Origin: an uncultured Alphaproteobacteria bacterium
GTDB taxonomy: Bacteria; Pseudomonadota; Alphaproteobacteria; Rhizobiales; Xanthobacteraceae
Direction of reading: 5' to 3'
Length of the DNA stretch: 64,000 nt
NCBI GenBank assembly: GCA_963709825.1
Contig: CAVPXZ010000001.1
Span: forward strand, 90,452-154,451
How positions within the stretch are numbered: position 1 is the first letter of the stretch; each line of letters opens with the position of its first letter. Positions 30,697 to 41,103 of the stretch are shown here, piece by piece. The translations under genes were made by a program, and so were the position numbers. A model generated the notes under the pieces. The model was not told the DNA's origin. It did not search any database and saw only the letters and a list, made by a program, of their open reading frames with translations.

Positions 30697-31503
30697 TCAA
30701 CTGCCGCGAAACTTCGCTTTCCGCTTGGCATGGAACGCCTCCACGCCTTCGCGAAAATCGTCGGATTGGCGCAAGCGGCTGTAGCAATGGCCTTCCAGCT
30801 CGATGGCGACCGACAGCGTTGCGTCTTCGGTATCGTTGAGGAGCTTTTTGGCGGTGCGTTGCGCCAGCGGCGAAAACGCGCGCAGCTCATCCACCAGTGC
30901 GTCGGTCGCCGCTTCGAGCTGGCCGTCGGGGATACACTCGGTCGCGATGCCCCAGTCGAGCGCCTGCTTGGCCGCAATGCGCTTTGAGCGCATCACGATG
31001 TCCTTGGTCCGGGCGATGCCGGCCATCTTCTGCAGGCGCGCCGAGCCGCCCGATCCGGGAATCTGGCCGAGCCGCTGCTCCGGCAGCGCATAGAAACAAG
31101 TCTCCGACACGATGCGGAAATCGCAGGCGAGCGAGATTTCGAAGCCGACGCCGAAGCAATAGCCGCGGTTGGCGGCAATCACCGGCTTGGCGCAGCGCGC
31201 CGGAGCGGCGATGTTCCAGGCAAGCTTGGAGACGTGCTCGGGCGAGGCTTCCAGAAAGCCTTTGATGTTGCCGCCGGAGGAAAAATGCTCGCCGACCGCG
31301 CGCAGTACGATCACCCGCACCCGGGCGTCCTCGTCGATCGCTTCGAAAACAAGCCGCAACTGGTCGCGCTGCGGCATCTCGATGATGTTGAACGGCGGCC
31401 GGTCGAGGATCACGTCGGCGCGCTCGCGCTCGGGATCGATCTCGACGCGAAAGCCGTCGAGGTGCGCAAGCCGCGCATCGGCAAACGTCAAGGGCGTATT
31501 CAT
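30697..31503 (-). CDS. enoyl-CoA hydratase/isomerase family protein (HmfE-like 2-oxoglutaroyl-CoA hydrolase candidate)
   Basis: Crotonase fold (FSSGGNIKGF, NRGYCFGVGFEISLACD). Start overlaps the upstream stop (ATGA). Confidence 0.8.
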   Translation of the reverse strand: MNTPLTFADARLAHLDGFRVEIDPERERADVILDRPPFNIIEMPQRDQLRLVFEAIDEDARVRVIVLRAVGEHFSSGGNIKGFLEASPEHVSKLAWNIAAPARCAKPVIAANRGYCFGVGFEISLACDFRIVSETCFYALPEQRLGQIPGSGGSARLQKMAGIARTKDIVMRSKRIAAKQALDWGIATECIPDGQLEAATDALVDELRAFSPLAQRTAKKLLNDTEDATLSVAIELEGHCYSRLRQSDDFREGVEAFHAKRKAKFRGS

Positions 31504-33059
31504 ACCGGGCTTCCTTCCTGATTGCTCACGGCGTGGTCGCGCTCGGGCCGAAATTCACCGGCCACGAGCTTCCTCCGCAAAAGCTTGCCGACCGGAGATT
31601 TGGGAATCTCGGCGACGAATTCGTAGCGGCGCGGGCGCTTGAAGTCCGCGAGGCTGGAGTCGCGGCAAAACCTGTCGAGTTCCGCCTCCGATACCGCGGC
31701 ACGCCGCTTGACGAAGGCGCAGACGATTTTGCCCAAGCGCTCATCCGCCAACCCGACGACGGCGACTTCGGCGACCGCCGGGTGCAGAGACAACGCGCTT
31801 TCGATCTCCACCGGCGAGACATTCTCGCCGCCGGTGATGATCATGTCGTCGACCCGGCCGGTGACGAAGAGATCGCCGTCGGCATCGACAAATCCGGTGT
31901 CGCCGGTGAAATACCAGCCGCCGCGGATCGCTGCGGCATCGGCGTCGGGACGGCGCCAATAGCCCTCGAACAATTCATCGCCGGCGAGCAGTGCGACGAT
32001 TTCGCCTTCCTCGCCGGCGGCGGCGGTTTCGTCGGCCGATTTGGCGCCGAGACGCACCACCCGAATCGACTGATTGATGCCGGCGCGGCCGGCGGAGCCG
32101 GGTTTGTCCGCCGCATTCTGCTCAATGGTGAAGGTATAGATCTCGGAGCTGCCGTAATGATTGACGAAGAGCTCCGGGCGGAACGCCGCAGCGAGCTTTT
32201 TCAGAAGCGCTTCGGTCATCGGCGCGCCGGCAAAGCCGAGCTTGCGCACCGCGCTGGCGTCCGTGCCGGCAAACTGCGGATGATGCACGAGATCGTGATA
32301 GAGCGTCGGCACCAGATAAAGATTGGTGATCCGCTCGGCGGCAATCAGTTTTAACGCCCGTTCGATATCGAATTGCGGCAGGCAGACGAATGTGCCGCCG
32401 ATGAGCGACATCGAAAGCAACGAACGGACGCCCATGGTGTGGTAGAGCGGCATGACGCCGAGCGTGCGCTCGCCGCGCCCGTAGAGGTTCTGCGCCACAT
32501 GGGCGACCGCTGCGGCGCGCTCGGCCTGATGGCGCCGCGGCACGCCCTTGGGGCGCGACGTGGTGCCTGACGTGTAGAGCATCAGCGACCACGCATCGGG
32601 CCCGACGCGCGGCATCGCGTCGTCCTCGTTAGTTTCCACAATGCGCATAAAATCGAGGTCCGCTGCGCCGGGAACCGCGACCGCGATGCGCAGAAGGCCC
32701 TTCGCCCGTTTCGCGTCGGCGGCCGCTTCCGCGGACACATCCTGATAGACGATGGCGCGGGCTTGCGCATCGTCGATGCAAAAATCAAGTTCATCGTCTT
32801 TGGCGCGCCAATTGACCGGCGTGATGATGATGCCGGCGAACTGGCAGGCCCAGTGGATAGTCGCGGCCTCCCAGCAGTTTTGCAGCACGGTAACGAGATG
32901 GTCGCCGGGATTGAGCCCAAGCTCGTCGAACGCCGCGACCAGCGAGGAAATCCTGCGATACCACTCCTGATAGGTGAGCTGCACCTCGCCGTCGACAATC
33001 GCCAGCGCCCTGGGATCGCGCTCGACGCTTGCGACAAAGCTCGTGCCGAGGTCAAGCAT
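31500..33059 (-). CDS. AMP-dependent acyl-CoA synthetase (HmfD-like furoyl-CoA synthetase candidate)
   Basis: LMLYTSGTTSRPKGV, YGSSE, TGD..DADG..GRVDD. Trimmed to ATG 33059 (MLDLGTSF...). Confidence 0.85.
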   Translation of the reverse strand: MLDLGTSFVASVERDPRALAIVDGEVQLTYQEWYRRISSLVAAFDELGLNPGDHLVTVLQNCWEAATIHWACQFAGIIITPVNWRAKDDELDFCIDDAQARAIVYQDVSAEAAADAKRAKGLLRIAVAVPGAADLDFMRIVETNEDDAMPRVGPDAWSLMLYTSGTTSRPKGVPRRHQAERAAAVAHVAQNLYGRGERTLGVMPLYHTMGVRSLLSMSLIGGTFVCLPQFDIERALKLIAAERITNLYLVPTLYHDLVHHPQFAGTDASAVRKLGFAGAPMTEALLKKLAAAFRPELFVNHYGSSEIYTFTIEQNAADKPGSAGRAGINQSIRVVRLGAKSADETAAAGEEGEIVALLAGDELFEGYWRRPDADAAAIRGGWYFTGDTGFVDADGDLFVTGRVDDMIITGGENVSPVEIESALSLHPAVAEVAVVGLADERLGKIVCAFVKRRAAVSEAELDRFCRDSSLADFKRPRRYEFVAEIPKSPVGKLLRRKLVAGEFRPERDHAVSNQEGSPV

Positions 33060-33561
33060 GACGGCGTTCCTCACGGCGCTCACGCGCCGCCGCCAGCGCA
33101 GCTTTGACGATCGATGCGTAGCCGGTGCATCGGCACAAATGGCCGGACAGGAATTCGCGGATTTCCGGTTCAGCAGCGTCCGGCCGATCGCGCAGCAGCG
33201 CGTCAAGCGACATCAGAATGCCCGGCGTGCAGAACCCGCACTGTAAGGCGAAATTCTCGCGGAAGGCATTTTGCAATGGAGACAGCCGATCCGGCGCCGG
33301 CGCCAGTCCTTCGACGGTGCGAATGTCGGCGCCTTCCGCCTGCACTGCAAGGGTGAGGCAGGAGCGCGCCGGGACGCCCTCGATCTGGATGGTGCATGCG
33401 CCACAGACGCCGTGCTCGCAGCCGACATGCGTGCCGGTCGCGCCGAGAACGTGGCGAAGAAAATCGCTCAGCAACATGCGCGGCTCCGCTTGCCCGGAGA
33501 CGGCGCGGCCGTTGAGCGTGAAGCTCACACGGTGCGATGCGGTGGCGCTCAGGCGCGGCAT
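33052..33561 (-). CDS. (2Fe-2S)-binding small subunit of a xanthine-dehydrogenase-family enzyme (CoxS/HmfC-like)
   Basis: CEHGVCGACT and CGFCTPG cluster motifs. Confidence 0.9.
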   Translation of the reverse strand: MPRLSATASHRVSFTLNGRAVSGQAEPRMLLSDFLRHVLGATGTHVGCEHGVCGACTIQIEGVPARSCLTLAVQAEGADIRTVEGLAPAPDRLSPLQNAFRENFALQCGFCTPGILMSLDALLRDRPDAAEPEIREFLSGHLCRCTGYASIVKAALAAARERREERRHA

Positions 33562-34376
33562 CGCCCAGCCTCTTCGAGCGTCTTCCGTCCGAGCCGGCGC
33601 ACCAGCTGCCGCCGGTATACCGCACTCGCATGCAGGTCGTCGCGGGCATCGAGATCCCAGGCGAACGCATCGAGCGCATCGTCAAGGCCGGGATCGCCCG
33701 GGAGCGGCAGCGTGCACGCCACCGGGCGGTCAGCCACGCCTCCGACCGCGAGCCGCGCCGCTCGCGCATCCACCACCGCCGCGCAGGCGACGATGGCAAA
33801 ATCGCCATGGCGTCGCCCGATCTCGCGGAACGCATAGCCGGTGCCGGGGCGCGCCGTGGGAAAGCGTACCGCTTCGATCAGTTCGTCGTCGTTGCGATCG
33901 GTGGACATGATGCCGGTGAAGAACGTCTCGGCGGCAACCCGGCGCGGGCCCCGTCGCGACCGCAGCTCGATGTCGCCGCCGAGCGCAACCAGAACCAGCG
34001 GCAGCTCGGCGCTCGGATCGGCATACGCAACCGATCCGCATACCGTGCCGCGATTGCGGGTTTGCGCATGGCCGACCCAAGGCAGCGCAGCAGCCAGCAG
34101 CGGCTGGCTGGACCCGAGGGGCGCGTGCCGTTCGAGTTCGCTTTGGCGAACCGCCGCGCCGACGCGGATGGCGTTGTCGCTTGTTTCAATAACATCGAGT
34201 CCCGGGACCCGCATGATGTCGACCACGACACGGGGCCGCGCCATGCGCATGTTGAGGAGTGGAACGAGCGTTTGCCCGCCGGCGAGGATGCTTGCGTCCG
34301 TGCCTTCTTGTTGGAGCACATCGAGCGCCTCGTCGAGGCTTTCGGCGCGCACATAGTCGAACGCCGCGGGCTTCAC
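33549..34376 (-). CDS. FAD-binding medium subunit (CoxM/HmfB-like)
   Basis: GTG 34376 with RBS ggagg; overlaps the large-subunit stop (GTGA). ILAGGQTLVPLLNMR FAD-binding motif. Confidence 0.85.
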   Translation of the reverse strand: MKPAAFDYVRAESLDEALDVLQQEGTDASILAGGQTLVPLLNMRMARPRVVVDIMRVPGLDVIETSDNAIRVGAAVRQSELERHAPLGSSQPLLAAALPWVGHAQTRNRGTVCGSVAYADPSAELPLVLVALGGDIELRSRRGPRRVAAETFFTGIMSTDRNDDELIEAVRFPTARPGTGYAFREIGRRHGDFAIVACAAVVDARAARLAVGGVADRPVACTLPLPGDPGLDDALDAFAWDLDARDDLHASAVYRRQLVRRLGRKTLEEAGRCRA

Positions 34377-36835
34377 GGAAGCCTCCGCGATTGCCGGGCG
34401 CGCTCCGGCTCGGCACCGTGGACGTGAGCGGCAAGCTTCGCCGGCGTCGCCGGCAGGTCTAGCTCCGCGAGATCGAGTGCATCGGCAATGGCATTGGCGA
34501 TGCAAACCGGCGTCGACATGCAATTGCCTTCGCCGACACCCTTGGCGCCGAGCGGCGTGAAGGGCGATGGCGACTCGCGGTGTAAGATAACCGGCTCCGG
34601 CACCTCCATCGCGGTCGGCAGCAGATAATCGGCAAAGGTGCCGGAGAGAAAGCTGCCGTCGGGCGCGTAGGCGTATTCCTCGTACAAGGCGGCGCCGAGC
34701 GCGTGCGCGAAACCGCCGCCGATCTGGCCTGCCACCATCGCCGGATGCAGGATGCGTCCGCAATCATGCATGGTGACGTAGCGATCAATGCGCACGGCGC
34801 CGGATATTTGATCGATCTCCACGCCGCAGAAATCAAAAATGAAACCGTGACACAGCGAGCTGTTGACTTCATCGGCGTCGGTCGGCGCCGTGAGCTCCGG
34901 CGGCGTCCAGAACACCGTCTCGCGGACGGTCTGACCGAGCTCGAAGGGGATCGTGCCCGGGGCCCAATGCCCGGCCGCCGCGACGCGGGCAAACGACACG
35001 GCATTATCGGGATTGGCCCGGGCGGCGACGCGGCCGCCGGCGAATACGATTTCGGCCGGCGCGACGTTGAGCTGGGCCGCCGCCATGCGCGCCAGGCGGT
35101 CGCGCAGATTCAATGCCGCCATTCGCGCGGCGCCGGCGACCGCCGGTGCAAACCGGCTGGAATAATTGCCCGAGGCGATGGACCAGGCGTCCTTGGCGGT
35201 GTCGACGTCGGCGATCACCCGGACATCTTGCGGATTTAGTCCGAGCGCGTCGGCAATCACTTGCGCCAGCACGGTGCGATGGCCCTGGCCTTGCGGCGTC
35301 GAGGCCACCTGCACCGAGACGGCGCCGAGCGGATCGAGACTGACCGTGGCGGTGGCCTGGGCGCCGTTCTTGGGCCCGGCGCGCTGGCGTTCTTCGGGAG
35401 TGAGCGCGGTGGTGATGTAGCCCATATTCGAAACGCTCGGCTCGACGACGGCGGCGAAGCCGATGCCGTAGTGCCGGCCTTGCGCGCGCGCCGCATCGCG
35501 GCGCGCCAGAAGCTCATCAAGCCCGCCGTCGCGCGCGGCAGCGTCGAGCGTCGTCGCGAAATCTCCGGAATCGAGCAAGGCGCCGGTCGCGGTCCGGTAT
35601 GGCATCGCGCTGGCGGGAATGAGATTGCGGCGAATGACCTCCAGCGGATCGAGTTTCAGCTCGATCGCAATCCGCTGCATCAGCCGTTCGAGCGGATAAT
35701 AGGCTTGCGGCCCGCCAAAGCCGCGATTGAGCCCGGTCGGCGTCTTGTTGGTGAGCACGATCCGGTTACGGATTTCGACGTGCCGGATGTCGTAGGCGCC
35801 GGTCAGATTGCCGTGCATGCGATAGAGGGTGGCGGGCTCCGGCGCGCGCAGGTGTGCGCCGCAATCTTCGAGTTGGTCGAACGAAAGCGCGGCGATGCGG
35901 CCGTCATCGTCGACGGCGGCCTCCAGCATGGTGACGCGGTTGGTCGCGGAGACCGATGCGGACAGATGCTCGAGGCGGTCTTCGATCCACTTCACCGGCC
36001 GTCCGGCGACCCGCGCGGCAACGGCGATCAGCACGATGTAGGGAAAGATCGCCTGCTTGACGCCAAAGCTGCCGCCGGAGTCTGGCGGCGTCCGCAAACG
36101 GAAGCGATTGCCCGGGACCTTCAGCGCCCGCGCCATGACTGGATGCAGGCTGAACGGCCCCTGGAAGTTGGCGAGCACGTCGTACGCGTCTTCGCCGGGA
36201 TCGTATTCGGCGACGACACCGTAGGTTTCGATCGGCGTGCACGAGTTGCGCGGATAACGGACGTCGACGCGGATGCGATGCGCGGCGGCGGCGAAGGCGC
36301 TTTCCGGGTCGCCATAACGAAAGCGGCGCTCGCCGATGACGTTGCTTTTCGCCGCCGGGTGGAGGACCGGAGCGTCCGGCGCTGCGGCGGCGAGCGGATC
36401 CACCACAGCGGGGAGCGGGCGATAGCGGACCTCGATGAGGTCGAGGGCGTCCTCGGCGCAGTAGCGGTCGGACGCGACCACGACGGCGACCGGCTCGCCG
36501 ACATGCCGCACCCGATCGACGGCAATCGGCCAGCACTCGATCGCGGCTTTGACGCCGACCACGAGGCTCGACGTCAGCGCCTTGATGTCGGCGCCGGTGA
36601 GCACCGCGGCGACGCCCTCGGCCGCCCGCGCCGCCGTGCAATCGATCAACTCGATGTCCGCGTGCGCGTGCGGCGAGCGCAGGATCGCGGCCTGCAGCGT
36701 CCCGGGTCGCACACCGAGATCGTCGAGGTAGCGTCCGCGGCCGGCGAGCAGTGCAGCGTCTTCGAATCGCGGGATGGAGCGGCCGACCCAATTTTCGCCG
36801 GGCTTGGTGTCGAAGTCGTCGCTGTCCGCAGCCAT
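34373..36835 (-). CDS. molybdopterin-binding large subunit of a xanthine-dehydrogenase-family hydroxylase (CoxL/HmfA-like; not CO dehydrogenase)
   Basis: 820 aa. GRGRYLDD N-terminus and GLNRGFGGPQ loop, with no AYxCSFR CODH signature. First gene of an L-M-S-ligase-hydratase operon. Confidence 0.85.
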   Translation of the reverse strand: MAADSDDFDTKPGENWVGRSIPRFEDAALLAGRGRYLDDLGVRPGTLQAAILRSPHAHADIELIDCTAARAAEGVAAVLTGADIKALTSSLVVGVKAAIECWPIAVDRVRHVGEPVAVVVASDRYCAEDALDLIEVRYRPLPAVVDPLAAAAPDAPVLHPAAKSNVIGERRFRYGDPESAFAAAAHRIRVDVRYPRNSCTPIETYGVVAEYDPGEDAYDVLANFQGPFSLHPVMARALKVPGNRFRLRTPPDSGGSFGVKQAIFPYIVLIAVAARVAGRPVKWIEDRLEHLSASVSATNRVTMLEAAVDDDGRIAALSFDQLEDCGAHLRAPEPATLYRMHGNLTGAYDIRHVEIRNRIVLTNKTPTGLNRGFGGPQAYYPLERLMQRIAIELKLDPLEVIRRNLIPASAMPYRTATGALLDSGDFATTLDAAARDGGLDELLARRDAARAQGRHYGIGFAAVVEPSVSNMGYITTALTPEERQRAGPKNGAQATATVSLDPLGAVSVQVASTPQGQGHRTVLAQVIADALGLNPQDVRVIADVDTAKDAWSIASGNYSSRFAPAVAGAARMAALNLRDRLARMAAAQLNVAPAEIVFAGGRVAARANPDNAVSFARVAAAGHWAPGTIPFELGQTVRETVFWTPPELTAPTDADEVNSSLCHGFIFDFCGVEIDQISGAVRIDRYVTMHDCGRILHPAMVAGQIGGGFAHALGAALYEEYAYAPDGSFLSGTFADYLLPTAMEVPEPVILHRESPSPFTPLGAKGVGEGNCMSTPVCIANAIADALDLAELDLPATPAKLAAHVHGAEPERARQSRRLP

Positions 36836-37128
36836 CGGCCTTCCTTACCCGGCTTTGAATCAACCGCAAGCCGGGGCCCGGCTTCGACAAATTTCAGGCT
36901 CATTTTCGGCAAGACCGGCACGCGGCGCAACCGCGCTCAGTGCGCGAGTGCGGCAATGTTCCAATGCTGCAGCGGGCGCCGCTGCGGAGTAATTGAATGC
37001 ATCCTAATCCACCAGGCGACAATTTGGCCTCTGATTTCTTTCGTTTTATTTGCTTTGATGTTACATCCACCAGGTCAAGGTTCCGGGCGCGAAAATCGCA
37101 AAGACGCTAGAACACAAGGGAGAATACG

Positions 37129-38400
37129 ATGTCCAAGGAACTGCTGAGCCGTCCCCTGGCGCACCGCAGGACCGTTCTCAAGGCCGGTCTGGCGATGGGC
37201 GCCATCCAGGTCGCGAGCCCATTTGTCGTCAAGACGCTCGCCGACGAGCCTCTCAAGATCGGCCTCGATAACCCGCTGACCGGCACCTACGCGGCGCTCG
37301 GCAAGAACGAGTTGATCGGCGCGCAGCTCGCCCTCGACCAGATCAATGCCCAAAACGGCATTCTCGGCCGACAAGTCCAGCTTCTTGTCGAGGATTCGAC
37401 CAGCGCGGATGCCGCCACGGCGGTGCAGAAAGCCAACAAATTGATCGACCGCGATAAGGTCAACTTCCTGATCGGCAACATCAATTCCGGGCTGGCCCAG
37501 GCCATGGCGAACGTCGCCTTCGAGAAAGGCGTGTTCCACATCGTTCCCGGCGGCCATACCGACAGCGTCACCGGAACGCAGTGCCATTGGAACGTCTTCC
37601 GCGTGTGCAACACGACGCGGATGGAAACCAATTCGGTATCGAAGCTGCTCCTCGAACAGTATGGCAAGAAGTGGTACTTCATCACCACCGATTATGCTTT
37701 CGGTCATGGATTGCAGGCGGGCTTTGAAGCGAGCCTGAAGGCCGCCAGCGGCACCAAGGCGGGCGGCGACATGGTGCCGCTGCAATCGACTGACTTCTCG
37801 TCCTATCTCATCAAGGCGCAGTCGACCAATCCGGACGCGATCATCCTGCTGCTTGCAGGCGACGACATGATCAACTGCCTCAAACAATCGGTGCAGTTCG
37901 GCCTGGACAAGAAGTTTCACATCGCCGGCGCGCAGCAGGAACTCGAAGTCAACGAAGGGCTGCCGCCGCAAGCGCTGTTCGGCGATTGGGTATTCGAATG
38001 GTATTGGAAGCAGCCGAATGTGCCCCACGTGGCCGAGTTCGTCGCCGAGGTCCGCAAGCGAAGCGGCGGCAAAGTGCCGACCGCGCGCACCTGGTTCGGC
38101 TACACCGCCGTCCATACCTGCAAGCTGGCCGCCGAGAAGGCGAAGTCGGTTGAGCCCGTCAAATTGGCCAAGGCGATGCAAGGTTTGGTCCTGCCGCCCG
38201 AAGTCGCGTTGATGCCGAACGATGCTTACTATCGCGAAGGCGACAACCAGCTGATGCCCACCCTTTTCGTGGGCCATTCGCAGCCGGCGCCCGCGGGCGG
38301 CGATCCGGAAGACCTGTTCGCGGTCACGCAATTGGTGAAAGGCGACCAGGTTGCGTTGCCGGTCGATCAGACCGGCTGCAAGCTGGTGTGGCCGTCGTAA
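37129..38400 (+). CDS. LIV-type ABC transporter substrate-binding protein
   Basis: Tat/Sec-like leader RRTVLKAGLAMGAIQVASPFV. Family 1 (LivK-like) SBP sequence. Confidence 0.85.
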   Translation: MSKELLSRPLAHRRTVLKAGLAMGAIQVASPFVVKTLADEPLKIGLDNPLTGTYAALGKNELIGAQLALDQINAQNGILGRQVQLLVEDSTSADAATAVQKANKLIDRDKVNFLIGNINSGLAQAMANVAFEKGVFHIVPGGHTDSVTGTQCHWNVFRVCNTTRMETNSVSKLLLEQYGKKWYFITTDYAFGHGLQAGFEASLKAASGTKAGGDMVPLQSTDFSSYLIKAQSTNPDAIILLLAGDDMINCLKQSVQFGLDKKFHIAGAQQELEVNEGLPPQALFGDWVFEWYWKQPNVPHVAEFVAEVRKRSGGKVPTARTWFGYTAVHTCKLAAEKAKSVEPVKLAKAMQGLVLPPEVALMPNDAYYREGDNQLMPTLFVGHSQPAPAGGDPEDLFAVTQLVKGDQVALPVDQTGCKLVWPS

Positions 38401-38540
38401 AATGGCATAGTGGGAGCGGGCCGGTACATCTGGCCCTAGGTTTTCTGCGAGGGGGCGTCCCAGGCCCGTATTGTCGTTGCTATCCGTCCAGGCCCGCAGC
38501 GATCGCGCGCGGCGGGCCGCAGCGTTTTCGTGATCGCCGC

Positions 38541-39407
38541 ATGATGCAACTGCTGCTTTTCAACGTTTTCAACGGGCTGATTATCGGCGCCTTTTATGCG
38601 TTAATGGCGCTCGGTCTGTCGCTCATCCTCAACCTTTCGGGCGTGATCAACTTCGCCCACGGCGGATTCCTCGCGATCGGCGGCTACCTCGCGTACACGC
38701 TCGTCCCTTATCTTGGATTTTGGGGTGCGCTGCTGGTGTCGCCGTTTCTGGTCGCCATCATCGGCGCCCTGATCGAGCGCATCCTGATCCGCCGGCTTTA
38801 CGGGCGCGATCCACTCTACAGCCTGCTGTTGACCTTCGGCTTGGCCTTCATGATCGAAGATGGCACGCGCTTCATCTGGGGCGCGCAGAGCCTGCCCTAT
38901 CAAATTCCGGCGTGGCTCGCGGCTCCTTTGAGCAGCGAGTATTTCTTCCTCACCGGCTATCGCGTCTTCATGATGATCCTGGTGGCGACCGCAGTGCTCG
39001 GCCTGTTCCTGATCCTCAACCGCACCCGCCTGGGGTTGCGCATCCGTGCCGGCACGCTTGACCTTGAGACCGTTTCCGTCCTCGGCGTCAACGTGCGCGT
39101 ACTGCGCAACCTCAACTTCGCTCTCGGCATCTATCTCGCCGGCCTCGCCGGCGTGCTCGCCGTCGGCATGCTCGGCCTGCAGCCGACGGTCGGCGACAAT
39201 CTCATCATGCCGAGCTTCATCGCCATCATTGTCGGCGGGCTTGGCTCGCTGCCTGGCACGCTTCTGGGCGGATTGCTGATCGGCGTCGCCTCGGGCGTGA
39301 CCAGCGTATTCTTTCCGTCGGCCAGCGAAGCGGTCATCTACGTGATGATGGCGGCAGTCTTGATCATCCGGCCACGCGGGCTCCTGGGCGAAGAGGGCCG
39401 TTTTTGA
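38541..39407 (+). CDS. branched-chain-amino-acid-type ABC permease (LivH-like)
   Basis: MMQLLLFNVFNGLIIGAFYALMALGLSL N-terminus is typical of LivH. Multi-TM. Confidence 0.85.
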   Translation: MMQLLLFNVFNGLIIGAFYALMALGLSLILNLSGVINFAHGGFLAIGGYLAYTLVPYLGFWGALLVSPFLVAIIGALIERILIRRLYGRDPLYSLLLTFGLAFMIEDGTRFIWGAQSLPYQIPAWLAAPLSSEYFFLTGYRVFMMILVATAVLGLFLILNRTRLGLRIRAGTLDLETVSVLGVNVRVLRNLNFALGIYLAGLAGVLAVGMLGLQPTVGDNLIMPSFIAIIVGGLGSLPGTLLGGLLIGVASGVTSVFFPSASEAVIYVMMAAVLIIRPRGLLGEEGRF

Positions 39408-40357
39408 TGCCGCAACTCGACAAGCGCGCCGGCGACGCCGCGGTCTGGCTGCTGCTGCTCACCGCACCGTTCTGGCTCACGCATGTTCACGGCTATGTCG
39501 AACTTGGCAGTCGCGTGGTGATCTACGCGCTGGCGGCGATGGCGCTCAATTTCCTCCTCGGCTTTACCGGCGTGCTCTCCTTCGGGCATGCGGCCTATTT
39601 CGGCCTCGGCGCCTACGGCACCGCCCTGACCATCAAATATCTCTATCCGAGCACGCCGGTCGGCATGCTGGTCGGCATCGTCGTGGCGACGGCCGCTGCG
39701 GCGGTTGTCGGGCCGTTGATCGCCCGCTTGCGGGGCGTCTATTTCGCCATGTGCACCATCGCCTTTGGCCAGGTGTTTTTCTACATCGCTTTTCAATGGT
39801 CGTCGGTCACCGGCGGCGACGATGGGGTCAGCGCCTGGCACCGCATGCCGCTCAACTTCGGCTTCACCACCATCGACATCCTCAGGGACGGCAGGGCATT
39901 TTATTACTTCGTGCTCGCGGTGTTCGCGATCTGCGCGGCAGCAATGGCGTTCCTGCTGCGCTCGCCCTTCGGCCGCACGCTGTTGGCGATCCGCGAGAAC
40001 GAGCGCCGCGCCCGGTTTCTCGGCATTCCGGTGGACCGGCACATTTGGGCGTCCTGGGTGATTTCCTGCTTCTTCGTCAGCATCGCGGGCACGCTCTACG
40101 CGCTACTCAACGATTTCGTCGATCCACGCGCGCTCCGCTGGGATCAATCGGGCAATTTCGTCATCATGGCGGTACTCGGCGGCATGCGCAGCTTCTGGGG
40201 ACCGCTCATCGGCGCCGCAATCTTCATCGTGCTGCAGGATTACGTTTCGAGCGCGACGCAGAACTGGATGTCGTTTATCGGCCTGTTCTTTGTGCTCGTC
40301 GTTCTTTTCTTTCCGCGCGGCGTCCTCGGCATCATCCGGCGAAAGGGGGCATCGTGA
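39404..40357 (+). CDS. branched-chain-amino-acid-type ABC permease (LivM-like)
   Basis: Start overlaps the upstream stop. Sequence GVLSFGHAAYFGLGAY. Multi-TM. Confidence 0.85.
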   Translation: MMPQLDKRAGDAAVWLLLLTAPFWLTHVHGYVELGSRVVIYALAAMALNFLLGFTGVLSFGHAAYFGLGAYGTALTIKYLYPSTPVGMLVGIVVATAAAAVVGPLIARLRGVYFAMCTIAFGQVFFYIAFQWSSVTGGDDGVSAWHRMPLNFGFTTIDILRDGRAFYYFVLAVFAICAAAMAFLLRSPFGRTLLAIRENERRARFLGIPVDRHIWASWVISCFFVSIAGTLYALLNDFVDPRALRWDQSGNFVIMAVLGGMRSFWGPLIGAAIFIVLQDYVSSATQNWMSFIGLFFVLVVLFFPRGVLGIIRRKGAS

Positions 40358-41103
40358 GCCTGTTGCGGGTCGAGAACGTCTCCAAGCATTTCGGCAGCCT
40401 GGTTGCGGTCAAAAATGTATCGATGACAGTGGAAGCGAATGAGTTGCGCGCCATCATTGGTCCGAACGGCGCCGGCAAGACGACGTTCTTCAACCTGATC
40501 AGCGGATTCCTTCGGCAGAGTTCGGGCCGCGTCATTTTCGATGGCGACGACATCAGCGGCCTCTTGCCGGCGCGGCGGGTGTGGCGCGGCATCGCCCGCA
40601 CTTTTCAAGTCACCGAGGTCTTTCCCGAACTCTCGGTGCACGAGAATCTGCGCATCCCGGTCGAGGTCGCGTCCGGGTTTCGGTTGCGGCCCTGGCTTTC
40701 GCGCAACGCCGACAAGGCCGTTCGCGCCCGGGTCGGCGACTTGCTCAACATGGGAGGCCTTGCCAGCAAATCTAATCGCCTGGTGGGAGAACTTGCCCAC
40801 GGCGATCAGCGCGCCACCGAAATCATGATGGCGCTCGCGTTAAAGCCGCGCCTGCTTCTGCTCGATGAGCCGACGGCCGGCATGGGCGACCAGGAGACCT
40901 ACGCGATCACCCAGCTCATCGGTCGCCTGCACAAGGACGGTCAACTCACCATCGTGCTGATCGAACACGACATGCGCGTCGTGTTCCATCTTGCCGACCG
41001 CATCACCGTGCTCGATCAGGGCGGTCTTCTCGCCGAAGGCACGCCGAAGGAGATCGCCGCCAACGTGGCAGTCCAGAGCGCCTATCTGGGACAGGCGGCA
41101 TGA
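40354..41103 (+). CDS. ABC transporter ATP-binding protein (LivG-like)
   Basis: GTG 40354 overlaps the upstream stop (GTGA). Walker A GPNGAGKTT, Walker B LLLLDEPTAGM. Confidence 0.85.
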   Translation: MSLLRVENVSKHFGSLVAVKNVSMTVEANELRAIIGPNGAGKTTFFNLISGFLRQSSGRVIFDGDDISGLLPARRVWRGIARTFQVTEVFPELSVHENLRIPVEVASGFRLRPWLSRNADKAVRARVGDLLNMGGLASKSNRLVGELAHGDQRATEIMMALALKPRLLLLDEPTAGMGDQETYAITQLIGRLHKDGQLTIVLIEHDMRVVFHLADRITVLDQGGLLAEGTPKEIAANVAVQSAYLGQAA